In this document: positions 8,486 to 16,428 of the stretch, piece after piece
Position numbering within the stretch: the first letter of the stretch is position 1
How the letters are laid out: each line of letters opens with the position of its first letter
Origin: Clostridia bacterium
Lineage (GTDB): Bacteria; Bacillota; Clostridia; Lachnospirales; Lachnospiraceae
Direction of reading: 5' to 3'
Length of the DNA: 24,000 nucleotides
Assembly: GCA_910576325.1 (NCBI GenBank)
Contig: CAJTIM010000034.1
Coordinates: 9,942-33,941 of the forward strand
Notes under the pieces: generated by a model
What the model was told of the DNA's origin: nothing
The model's database searches: none
Seen by the model: the letters and a program-made list of their open reading frames with translations, nothing else
Translations under genes and position numbers: made by a program

Positions 8486-8706
8486 TGAATAAAATTATCA
8501 GCCTGTTACTTGCAATGTATTTATAAACTCGTCTTTCATTGGTATACAGTTCCGAAAAAAGAGCATAAATGTAATCATTTTCTCTCCTTGTCCACTAAGA
8601 ACAATATCCACCGATATATTTGATTATAAAATATTTGCCTGTCGCCCGCAATGTATATTTATTGCCTCATTTTCACTGGAAACACAGCTCCAAAAAGTAT
8701 GAACAC
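8486..8706. repeat. Two imperfect tandem copies (period ~136 bp) of a ~85-bp unit
   Basis: R1 spans 8486-8571 (...TGAATAAAATTATCAGCCTGTTACTTGCAATGTATTTATAAACTCGTCTTTCATTGGTATACAGTTCCGAAAAAAGAGCATAAATG). R2 spans 8621-8706 (TGATTATAAAATATTTGCCTGTCGCCCGCAATGTATATTTATTGCCTCATTTTCACTGGAAACACAGCTCCAAAAAGTATGAACAC). By eye they are roughly two-thirds to three-quarters identical. Confidence 0.55.
8498..8578 (-). CDS. Candidate 26-aa mini-ORF (MITFMLFFRNCIPMKDEFINTLQVTG)
   Basis: A strong SD (AAGGAGAGAAA) lies directly upstream of the ATG (CAT at 8576-8578), and the stop is TGA (8498-8500). The ORF sits inside repeat copy R1. The only support is the SD and the open frame. Confidence 0.3.
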   Translation of the reverse strand: MITFMLFFRNCIPMKDEFINTLQVTG

Positions 8707-8771
8707 CCTTAATAACAACCAACATATACCAACGTTTTCCAACAAAATCCCACTCTTAACCTCTGCCTTTT

Positions 8772-8820
8772 CATAAAAAAATGATCACATTCCGCTCCTT
8801 AAAGCTTCCTGTGATCATTT
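8772..8820 (-). terminator. Possible intrinsic terminator downstream of yitT-like gene
   Basis: A perfect 11-bp inverted repeat, AAATGATCACA (8779-8789) / TGTGATCATTT (8810-8820), encloses a 20-nt loop. On the minus strand it is followed by a run of T (plus-strand A run 8775-8781). The stem is AT-rich and the loop is large, so it would be weak. Confidence 0.4.
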
Positions 8821-8942
8821 CATCCTATCTTACTTTACTTTTATGACCCATAAATTATTTTTGCACGAAATATCCAAATTGTAATTACAATCCATCTGCA
8901 ATTTCCGAACAAAAACTTCAAACACAAGCCCTAACTGTTACC

Positions 8943-9821
8943 TCAATCAATCGGCTTCAAATAAAATCCTCCATAAAAGTCCTCCGATTTAAAGGTATTG
9001 ATCACCACATGAGGATCCGCCTTCCGCATCAGCTTCGCAATGTCCTGAATCTCGTAGCTTGATACTACCGTGTGCAAAAGACTGACCTTCTTTCCGCTGT
9101 AACCTCCTATCCCGTCTACCCGGGAAACGCCGTGGCGGTACTCCGCTACATAAGCTTCAATCACCGCATCCGCCTTTGTTGTGGTAATCTGCATGGTCAT
9201 CCGCTCATACCGATGGTAGAAGGAATCAATGGTCTTTGTGGAAATGAACTGGAACAATATGGAATATCCTGCATACTCCCAGCCAAACATACAGCCGAAA
9301 ATCGTAATCAATGTAGCATTAAATACAAAAACATAGCTCCAGATAGACTTCCCCTTTTTATTGGAAATATAAAGAGCCACAAAATCAATGCCCCCTGTGG
9401 AAGCATTCCCTTTCAGGGCAATAACGGTCATAATACCGTACAAAAATCCACCGAAAATCACATTCAGCAGAATATCCTCAAATAAAGGCTCAAAGCTCAG
9501 CACCCGCAGAAAGAAGCTGGCAAAGAAAACCTGCAAAAGAGAAAAGAAGGTAAACCGCTTACTAATGCTTTTGCTGCACATAATGGCTACCGGTATATTG
9601 AGAAGCAGCATTCCCAAAGATACGGAAAAGGAAACTCCAAAAAAGGTAGAGGTTATCTTCTCTATCAAAAACGCCACACCCGTAAAGCCGCTGGACAGCA
9701 GGTTAATGGGAACCATAAAAATCTGCATAACAGCCGCCTGCATAAAGCCTGCAAGTAAAACGCTTGCAAAAGTATAAGCAAAACGCACTTTATCATTATT
9801 TCTTATTTTCTGAAAATTCAT
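8943..9821 (-). CDS. YitT-family membrane protein (DUF161 membrane domain plus C-terminal DUF2179)
   Basis: The 292-aa protein has a typical YitT N-terminus (FAYTFASVLLAGFMQAAVMQIFMVPINLLSSGFTG), a GGIDFVALYISNK motif and a soluble C-terminal domain. Its ATG overlaps the cutC stop (ATGA at 9818-9821). Confidence 0.85.
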   Translation of the reverse strand: MNFQKIRNNDKVRFAYTFASVLLAGFMQAAVMQIFMVPINLLSSGFTGVAFLIEKITSTFFGVSFSVSLGMLLLNIPVAIMCSKSISKRFTFFSLLQVFFASFFLRVLSFEPLFEDILLNVIFGGFLYGIMTVIALKGNASTGGIDFVALYISNKKGKSIWSYVFVFNATLITIFGCMFGWEYAGYSILFQFISTKTIDSFYHRYERMTMQITTTKADAVIEAYVAEYRHGVSRVDGIGGYSGKKVSLLHTVVSSYEIQDIAKLMRKADPHVVINTFKSEDFYGGFYLKPID

Positions 9822-10558
9822 AAGGCATCAACCAGCTTCTTTACTAAATTTTTGTCCACAGCCTCATAGTCCTTTCTGTGAGGAGACTCCGCATATGCAT
9901 AGGAAACCTGCGGTCCTTCTGTAGTGGGATCGGTAAGCCATCCACGGCAGGAGCTGTGTACCTGACTGATTCCGGTACGCTCCATAAGCTCTGCGGCATT
10001 TCCTGCATTCATGCCGCTGCCGGCCAGAAGCTCGATTCTTTCCCCATATTCCTTTTGCAGCTTAGCCAAAAGCTCTATGCCGTCCACAGCCTTTTCCTGC
10101 CCGCCGCTGGTTAAAATGCGATCTATTCCAATATCAATCAGAATTTCAATAGCTTTGCAGGGATCTTGCACACAGTCAAAGGCACGGTGGAAGACTGCCT
10201 CTCCATGATGCTTCTTGATAATGCCCGTCATTTCCCGGGTCTGGTTTTCTTCTATCTCTCCGTTTTCATTGAGACAGCCAAAGGCAATGCCGTCGGCGCC
10301 GTTTTGAAGAAGAAGCTCGGCGTCGGCCTTCATAACCTCAAAGTCGGCAGCGCTGTAGCAGAAACCGGCTCCGCGGGGTCTGACCATAGCAATAACCTTC
10401 AGATCCGTATTCTTTTTTGTTAAAATGAGTGTTCCCAAAGACGGCGTTAAGCCTCCCAGGTACAGGGCGCTGTTCAGCTCAATGCGTTTGGCGCCTCCAT
10501 GATATGCCGCCAGTGCATCCTCATAGCCTCCGCAGCATATTTCCGCAACCTTTTCCAT
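9818..10558 (-). CDS. cutC: CutC-family protein (TIM-barrel protein annotated as copper homeostasis protein; true function unclear)
   Basis: The 246-aa protein starts MEKVAEICCGGYEDALAAYHGGAKRIELNSALYLGGLTPS, which is the characteristic CutC N-terminus, and its length fits the family. Confidence 0.85.
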   Translation of the reverse strand: MEKVAEICCGGYEDALAAYHGGAKRIELNSALYLGGLTPSLGTLILTKKNTDLKVIAMVRPRGAGFCYSAADFEVMKADAELLLQNGADGIAFGCLNENGEIEENQTREMTGIIKKHHGEAVFHRAFDCVQDPCKAIEILIDIGIDRILTSGGQEKAVDGIELLAKLQKEYGERIELLAGSGMNAGNAAELMERTGISQVHSSCRGWLTDPTTEGPQVSYAYAESPHRKDYEAVDKNLVKKLVDAL

Positions 10559-10588
10559 ATTTGTCCTCCATTCCAGTACCGTGATATC

Positions 10589-11680
10589 CTACCGAATCAT
10601 CAATGCAAATCCATGAGCCGGCCGGATGCAGTCCAGGATTAACTGCTCGCCTTCATTGATATGTCCCACATAATTGTAGTCATCACTGGCCTTAATCTCA
10701 TCCAGCACAATCATCAGCTCACCCGCATAATGCTTCAAGTTATCATTAACAATGATCACATCACCCTTCGTAAACACATCCTTATGATTCTCACGGGGAA
10801 CAATGCTTTCATTCTTATATTTTACCCTGGGAAAGCTGGATCTGACAACAAGTTCATTACAATCATCCCGGCTTGCATGAATATCACAGGTAATAAGCTC
10901 CCGTTCAATCTCGGAAATCCCTTCTTCCACATCCACCTTCATAGCCGGCTTGCTCAAGTCCGTCTCCGCCATGATTTTCAACTCTTCCTCACTGGCAAAA
11001 GCATTTCCAACCATAAAATCCGTACAAAGTCCCAGAGCACTTAAATGACGAAGCTGTAAATCAATCGGCAGATCCCGATGGATTTCCAAAGTCGGAAGTC
11101 CTTCATAGACCTCCCAAGGCCCATGCGTATTCTCCTCTCTGCTGGTCACAAAAGTCGCATTGGTCAAGCCCAAAGGCTGATACCGGCTGTTCAGCTCCTT
11201 ATAACGTTTCAACCCCATACCCGTGTTCCTCTGGGGATAAAAATTACTGCAAATACACATATTATTCCGGTCAGCGCCCTTCTCAATCATCAAATCCAGC
11301 GCCATAGAACAGGATGCATTGTATTCAATCAGAATCCCATAAGGATTTCTCGTAATCTGTATATCCTCAAATTCCCCAAAATGCCCGTCCAGGCGGATAA
11401 TATCCACACCCATCTGCGCAAAAACAGACAAGTCCATAGGCGCAGCCCCAAGTCTCTCAAACACCTGCGGATTCGTATCCACCGACACAATAAGCCCGCT
11501 CTCATGAGCCACCTTACAAAACTCCGTAAACTCATCCACAATCTTCTCCCGGCTCTCCTCCACCGACAAAAGACAAGTAAATACTCTCTGAAAGCCATAC
11601 CTTCCGGCCAGCTTCATATACTCATAACAAGCTTCCTTCGGTGCCCGCTCCGGATAAACGGAAATTCCCAGTCTCTTCAA
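10589..11680 (-). CDS. DUF871 / MupG-family protein (6-phospho-N-acetylmuramidase-type 6-phospho-glycosidase)
   Basis: The N-terminus KRLGISVYPERAPKEACYEYMKLAGRYGFQRVFTCLL and the ~360-aa length are typical of DUF871/MupG. The track start (GTG 11710) reads through the SD. I place the start at TTG 11680, 7 nt after GGAGG, which gives the family-typical MKRLGISVYP. Confidence 0.75.
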   Translation of the reverse strand: MKRLGISVYPERAPKEACYEYMKLAGRYGFQRVFTCLLSVEESREKIVDEFTEFCKVAHESGLIVSVDTNPQVFERLGAAPMDLSVFAQMGVDIIRLDGHFGEFEDIQITRNPYGILIEYNASCSMALDLMIEKGADRNNMCICSNFYPQRNTGMGLKRYKELNSRYQPLGLTNATFVTSREENTHGPWEVYEGLPTLEIHRDLPIDLQLRHLSALGLCTDFMVGNAFASEEELKIMAETDLSKPAMKVDVEEGISEIERELITCDIHASRDDCNELVVRSSFPRVKYKNESIVPRENHKDVFTKGDVIIVNDNLKHYAGELMIVLDEIKASDDYNYVGHINEGEQLILDCIRPAHGFALMIR

Positions 11681-11766
11681 TTCACTACCTCCATTCCAAT
11701 TGCGCAGCACCCCTAAAAATACACAAACACAAAATCAATCCGCACATTTTAAAGGATACTGCCGTT

Positions 11767-12888
11767 TCAGTTCCCTAACCCATCCATCAATCTATAAAAT
11801 GCATAGCCATAAATCTGCGCATTCTTTTCAATATCACAGATACGCATCCACTCATCCGGCATATGCCCAATCCCCTTCTGCCCCTTAAAGCTCGGCCCAA
11901 AAGGTACAATATTCTTCACCACCTTCGCATAACTGCCTCCGGTAGTCGTCACCGCGCTTCCATCCTCCTGCATAATCTCTTCATAAACATGCTCCAAAGT
12001 TTTCACCAAATACGTATCCTTATCAAAAAACACCGGGTCCAGATTCGAATCCAGCGACAAGGTCATATGAGGCGTACAAAGCTTCTCCAAAGCCTCCCGC
12101 ATCGTATCCAGAGAATAAGAAGCCGGATAACTGGAAACCAAAGTCAGTCCGCAGGTATCCCCCTCCTCAAAAAGCTCCACCTTCCGCACCTGATTCTTCC
12201 CAAACTCTTCATCCGCATAATCCACTCCAAGAGCAGACGACAAATCATTCTGATTCAAAACAAACCCATTCAAAAACCGAACCAGTTCCCCAAGCTCCGC
12301 CTTCGGCAGACTATACCGAAAAGCCGCCCTGCCGCGCTCCGCATAAATCACCGGATACTTACAGTCAGGAGTCCATCCCATCAAAGGATACTTGTGATTC
12401 TGAAAATACCACTTCATATCCTCCATTCCGGTCTCCTCATTCGTCCCAAAAATAATCTTCACCTTAATCGGAAACTCATACCCCAGATCCACAAGCGCCT
12501 TCAACCCATACAAACAGCAAAACATAGGCCCCTTATTATCCAAAACCCCCCTGGCATACAAAAAACCATCTTTCTCCGTACACACAAACGGATCCGTTTT
12601 CCACACCCCGTTCACATCCACCACATCCAGATGTCCCACACAGGCTATATACTCCTCCGTATCCGGCCCCCAGGAAGCAATCCCAATCTGATTCCCCACA
12701 TTCTCCGTCTCAAATCCAAGCCCTCTTGCAATCTCCAGAGCCTTATTCAGGCAATCCGTCACCCTAACCCCAAAAGGATGCTCCGGCGCAGCCGTATCCT
12801 GCCTGGAATCCATATTACAAATCGTCTTAATATCCCCCACCAAATCCGGAAGCAATTCTCCCACACGTTCAACAATTCTCTCCTTCAC
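11767..12888 (-). CDS. M20-family metallopeptidase (PepV-like dipeptidase)
   Basis: The protein has CVGHLDVVDV (His ligand), RGVLDNKGPM (Asp ligand) and FGTNEETGMEDM (Glu-Glu). It uses a GTG start 5 nt after AGGAGG. Confidence 0.8.
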   Translation of the reverse strand: MKERIVERVGELLPDLVGDIKTICNMDSRQDTAAPEHPFGVRVTDCLNKALEIARGLGFETENVGNQIGIASWGPDTEEYIACVGHLDVVDVNGVWKTDPFVCTEKDGFLYARGVLDNKGPMFCCLYGLKALVDLGYEFPIKVKIIFGTNEETGMEDMKWYFQNHKYPLMGWTPDCKYPVIYAERGRAAFRYSLPKAELGELVRFLNGFVLNQNDLSSALGVDYADEEFGKNQVRKVELFEEGDTCGLTLVSSYPASYSLDTMREALEKLCTPHMTLSLDSNLDPVFFDKDTYLVKTLEHVYEEIMQEDGSAVTTTGGSYAKVVKNIVPFGPSFKGQKGIGHMPDEWMRICDIEKNAQIYGYAFYRLMDGLGN

Positions 12889-13025
12889 AATAGCCTCCTA
12901 TTCCAGTTCCGTAATATCTATTACAACACACCCACATGAAATCAATTTCCAGTCACAAATGCACGTGCCTGTAAATCGATTTGTGCGTTGTAACAGATAC
13001 ACAATTCTTCTCAACAACCTACCGG

Positions 13026-13232
13026 GCTGTCGCAGAATCAGCCGGCAGGCTTTTCCGATATCCAGTGTCCGGCTATTCGCGCACACTCTGTCTGCTATGG
13101 ACGAACATTGCCTCATTCCGCACATCCTCCGCAAGCAACCACCAAGGCAATGTACGGTCAGAGCAGACAGAGTGTGCGTGAATCGTCCGAACACAGGATA
13201 TGGAAATGGCTGCCGGCTGATTCTGCGACAGC
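13026..13232. repeat. Long imperfect palindrome (~71-nt arms plus an inner stem), intergenic within the operon
   Basis: The left arm (13026-13096) is GCTGTCGCAGAATCAGCCGGCAGGCTTTTCCGATATCCAGTGTCCGGCTATTCGCGCACACTCTGTCTGCT. The reverse complement of the right arm (13162-13232) is GCTGTCGCAGAATCAGCCGGCAGCCATTTCCATATCCTGTGTTCGGACGATTCACGCACACTCTGTCTGCT. The outer 23 nt and inner 17 nt match perfectly. A further inner pair is ACATTGCC / GGCAATGT. Confidence 0.65.
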
Positions 13233-13247
13233 CTCACAACCTACCAC

Positions 13248-14201
13248 CTACTCCACAACAGGCGCCATCCTCACCCGCATATATTCCTCAAGCCACTCCT
13301 GATCCGCTTCTTTAAAACTACAATGCCCATCCTCTTCCCTGGTAACAAGATAAACAACCGGCTCCAACCCTTCCGCAGCCACACTAAACGAAAACCCTCC
13401 AATATTAGTAGCACATCCAAACTCCCCTTTACAGTTCATAGCCACCACCGAAAGATCCCCGGCCTCACCACGCTTCTCACGCAATCTCCGATCCAGATCC
13501 GTCACCGCCTTCTCACAAGCCTCCTGAGGCGACATCCCTTCCTTCATCAACCGCACAATCTCATAAGAAATACACCCTTTCATCAGGTCTTCTCCAAGCC
13601 CGGTAGCCGTAGCTCCGCCGACCTCAGAATCCGCATAAAATCCGGATCCTACAATCGGAGAATCCCCCACACGTCCGCTTCGCTTCATAAAAAGCCCGCT
13701 TGTACTGGTAGCTGCCGTCACCGTCCCGGAAGTATCCAGACAAACCATTCCCACCGTATCATGACCATCATAAGGTTTCAGCTCCTGATCCATCTCCTTC
13801 TTCCGCTTACGGTAAAAAGCCTTCGCCCTGTCCGTGAGCATTTCCTTCTCCTCAAACTGCATTTCCCGTGCGTACTTTTCCGCCCCCGCACCTACCAGAA
13901 CATTATTCACCTTTTCCTCACTGAGCTTCTTCGCAATACTGATGGGATTGGCAAAATCTTTAATCGCCCCCAGAGCGCCGACACTCATCGTATCCCCATC
14001 CATATAACCGGCATCAAGCTCCACAATCTGCTCCTCATTTGGCAGACCGCCGTAACCAACCGATTTATAATACGGAAAATCCTCCACCGCCTTAATAGCC
14101 GTCTCAATCGCCTTGCCGGAGGTCTCCCCCTTCTTCAGCATTTCATCCGCAAGCTCAATCCCTTCCTTGGCCATCCGCCAGGTCGCTATAATACCATACA
14201 T
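13248..14201 (-). CDS. Ntn-hydrolase of the asparaginase_2 family, glycosylasparaginase-like (HDT autoprocessing site)
   Basis: The 317-aa protein has the autoproteolysis/nucleophile motif YDGHDTVGMVCLD, followed by TSTSGLFMKRSGRVGDSPIVGSGFYAD and GGATATGLGEDLMK. His-Asp-Thr at the cleavage site is the pattern of glycosylasparaginases. Isoaspartyl peptidase/plant-type asparaginases usually have G-T at this position. Confidence 0.8.
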   Translation of the reverse strand: MYGIIATWRMAKEGIELADEMLKKGETSGKAIETAIKAVEDFPYYKSVGYGGLPNEEQIVELDAGYMDGDTMSVGALGAIKDFANPISIAKKLSEEKVNNVLVGAGAEKYAREMQFEEKEMLTDRAKAFYRKRKKEMDQELKPYDGHDTVGMVCLDTSGTVTAATSTSGLFMKRSGRVGDSPIVGSGFYADSEVGGATATGLGEDLMKGCISYEIVRLMKEGMSPQEACEKAVTDLDRRLREKRGEAGDLSVVAMNCKGEFGCATNIGGFSFSVAAEGLEPVVYLVTREEDGHCSFKEADQEWLEEYMRVRMAPVVE

Positions 14202-14335
14202 CTATATCACTCTCCTATTCCGTTCCGTAACATTCTTCCTGATACACCTTCATCAAATCATTTCCCGGCCGCAAATTCTTGCATCAGCACATTGATTTAT
14301 GCTCCCTGAAAATATCTCTGTTTCGGTTCCGCCGT

Positions 14336-15394
14336 TTATAATATACTTTCAAAAATCTCCCCGCTCATATCCTTCGCCAGCTCACAAACAAGCCGAATGC
14401 AAGCCTCCACATCATCCGTATGGATCATACTGTGATTCGTATGCATATACCGAATCGGAATCGAGAGCGTCATATTGATAACACCGTCAAACGCCTTATG
14501 AATATTCCCCGAATCCGTTCCGCCCTTGTTGAATACCGCATACTGATGGTCAATCCCATGCTTCCTGCAAATTCCTTCCACATACCGCACCAGTTTTCTG
14601 GGAGCAATGGAATTGGAATCAATCATAGACAGCACCACGCCCTTCCCCAGAGAGCAGATATTGTGATTGGCAGGCGTATCCCCGGCCAGTGTGGTATCAA
14701 TCGCAAATGCAATATCAGGGTGCACCCATTCCACCGCCGTTCTCGCTCCCCGAAGCCCCGGCTCCTCCTGAACGGTATTCGCCAGATACAGAGGCGTATG
14801 AACCTCATCCCGAAGCCGCTTAGCCGCTTCCAGCATAATATAATTTCCAATCCGGTCGTCAAATGCCTTGCAGGACACATATTTTGGATTCCGCATCACC
14901 TCAAAATGAGTCCAGGGCACTACCATATCTCCCACAGCAATCCCCAGAGAAAGAACCTCCTCCCGGTTCTCCACTCCCAGATCCAGATATATATCCTCCA
15001 TAGAAACCGTCTTGTTCCGAATCTCGGCAGGCAGCCCGTGTGTTGCCATACTCCCCATCAAAGCCGGATAAGACCCATTTTCCCTTGTGACAACCGTATA
15101 CCACTGTCCCAGAACAAGATGGCTCCACCAGCTCCCCACCGGCCGCAGCCTTAAAAAGCCCTGCTCGTCAATGGTCTCTACCATAAATCCAACCTCGTCC
15201 ATATGGGCGGCAATCATCATTTTCGGTCCCGGCCTGTCTTCACACTTTGCGGCAATGACGCTTCCAAGACCGTCCTTTCTGCAATTCAGGCCAAGGCCCC
15301 TGTACTCCTCCTCCAAAATACATCCAATCTCCTGCTCAAAGGAGGAAATACCCGGCGCTCCGCAAATCCGTTCCATTTTTTCCAAATCAACCAT
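14336..15394 (-). CDS. M42-family aminopeptidase (FrvX/YsdC/TET-like), canonical active site
   Basis: All five motifs are present: AAHMDEVGFMV, KAFDDRIGN, VQEEPGLRGA, AFAIDTT and IRYMHTNHSMIH. The track start (15463) is an upstream extension. I place the start at ATG 15394 (MVDLEKMERICGAPGISSFEQE), which overlaps the previous stop within ATGGTTGA. Confidence 0.85.
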   Translation of the reverse strand: MVDLEKMERICGAPGISSFEQEIGCILEEEYRGLGLNCRKDGLGSVIAAKCEDRPGPKMMIAAHMDEVGFMVETIDEQGFLRLRPVGSWWSHLVLGQWYTVVTRENGSYPALMGSMATHGLPAEIRNKTVSMEDIYLDLGVENREEVLSLGIAVGDMVVPWTHFEVMRNPKYVSCKAFDDRIGNYIMLEAAKRLRDEVHTPLYLANTVQEEPGLRGARTAVEWVHPDIAFAIDTTLAGDTPANHNICSLGKGVVLSMIDSNSIAPRKLVRYVEGICRKHGIDHQYAVFNKGGTDSGNIHKAFDGVINMTLSIPIRYMHTNHSMIHTDDVEACIRLVCELAKDMSGEIFESIL

Positions 15395-16412
15395 GCCCGT
15401 CACCCATTCCAAATCCCATAATTTTCTCCGAGTCCAAGGTACGCAGGTAAGAAGCCAATGCATCCGTCAGGGCATCCGCATCGCTGACCTTACAGATTTC
15501 ATTTGCGCTTCCCAGATGGTCCACAGCAATGCCGACGCTGATACTGGGGGTTCCCTTTAAGGTCTTATGAATAAAGGACCCGTCATTTCCCAGGAGGCCG
15601 AAATACTCCTTTGTCTCCGTCTGCCCGGCAAAATCCCGAAGAAGCGCCTGGGCGGGAAGCATCTGGCGATCATAATAGCCCAGAATCACCTTATCTCCCA
15701 ACTGAACCTTCCTTTTTGCCGTATCAAATGCCGTAAGCGCAATGGCCGCGTCCGGCCGTATCACATAGGTCGCTGTCTTAGTCCCCCGGTATCCGATGAC
15801 AGACTGGGCAACGCCCCCTGCTGCCAAATGAAAATCAAGCTCCGTATCCTTCAATTTTTCCAAAAGCTCCAGGATAACTTCATTCAGCACCCGCGGAAAC
15901 AGGGCCTTTGCAATCACAGTCCCGTCCTGCTCTCCAAAAGTGCCTGCATAGCCTGCCAGGTCTCCCGGATGAATCCGCTCCTTTGCCTCATCGCCGCTTA
16001 AACCGCAGGTGATAAAGAGATCCTCCGCGCTCTTGATCTCGCAGGAGTCCTCCAGAGCCTTTTTGTCCATGCCGATGACGCCGTCAATAAAAGTGTCCTC
16101 TCTGGTCAGAATCCGCACGCGCTGATGCAGCAGGGAACTAAGGGCAATACTCTCCAGAGGAATAAACGCCAGGGTTCCGTCCTTTTTCACCTCGGAAATC
16201 ATCAGTCCCACTTCATCCAGAGGGGAGGCAATCATAAGCGTTGCCGCCTTAGGGTTTTTTGATTTTTTTACGGCAAATACCGAGCCGAGGCGGTCATACT
16301 TTAACTCATCGCACAGAGGCTTACAGCTCTCCCGGAGAATTTGGGCCGCCGCCTGCTCCCCGCTGCTGACTCCAAAGCTGTTGCATAAGGTTTTCAATCT
16401 TTCTGTATTCAT
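15387..16412 (-). CDS. M42-fold paralogue with a degenerate metal/catalytic site (likely pseudo-peptidase)
   Basis: The 341-aa protein aligns to the M42 layout, but ASPLDEVGLMI replaces AHMDEVG (His lost), KALFPRVLN replaces K.FDDR.G (Asp lost) and AQSVIGYRGT replaces QEE.GLRGA (Glu-Glu lost). An AAGGAG SD precedes ATG 16412. Confidence 0.7.
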   Translation of the reverse strand: MNTERLKTLCNSFGVSSGEQAAAQILRESCKPLCDELKYDRLGSVFAVKKSKNPKAATLMIASPLDEVGLMISEVKKDGTLAFIPLESIALSSLLHQRVRILTREDTFIDGVIGMDKKALEDSCEIKSAEDLFITCGLSGDEAKERIHPGDLAGYAGTFGEQDGTVIAKALFPRVLNEVILELLEKLKDTELDFHLAAGGVAQSVIGYRGTKTATYVIRPDAAIALTAFDTAKRKVQLGDKVILGYYDRQMLPAQALLRDFAGQTETKEYFGLLGNDGSFIHKTLKGTPSISVGIAVDHLGSANEICKVSDADALTDALASYLRTLDSEKIMGFGMGDGHG

Positions 16413-16428
16413 ATTTCTCCTTTTAAAA

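Noticed and set aside
8486-8706. Possible CRISPR array, because of the spaced repeats in a non-coding AT-rich region.
   Set aside because: There are only two copies. The units are ~85 bp long and only partly identical. There is no short, precisely conserved repeat with unique spacers, and no cas genes occur in the window.
7262-8942. Calling the AT-rich island a mobile element (IS, prophage remnant or integrative element).
   Set aside because: There is no transposase, integrase or recombinase ORF. I could identify no terminal inverted repeats and no flanking direct repeats. Only the compositional contrast supports foreign origin, so it is reported as a finding rather than annotated as a mobile element.
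11863-12939. Long antisense ORFs opposite the well-supported genes. They are 11863-12939(+), 13323-14309(+), 14420-15154(+), 11078-11716(+), 15567-16001(+), 20389-21144(+), 1699-2391(-), 1935-2585(-), 3993-4541(-), 6213-6722(-) and 23228-23893(-).
   Set aside because: Each lies entirely inside a gene on the other strand that has clear family motifs. Their translations are low-complexity (rich in R, P, H, I, L and Q), with no motifs and no SD. They are typical shadow ORFs of moderately GC-rich coding sequence.
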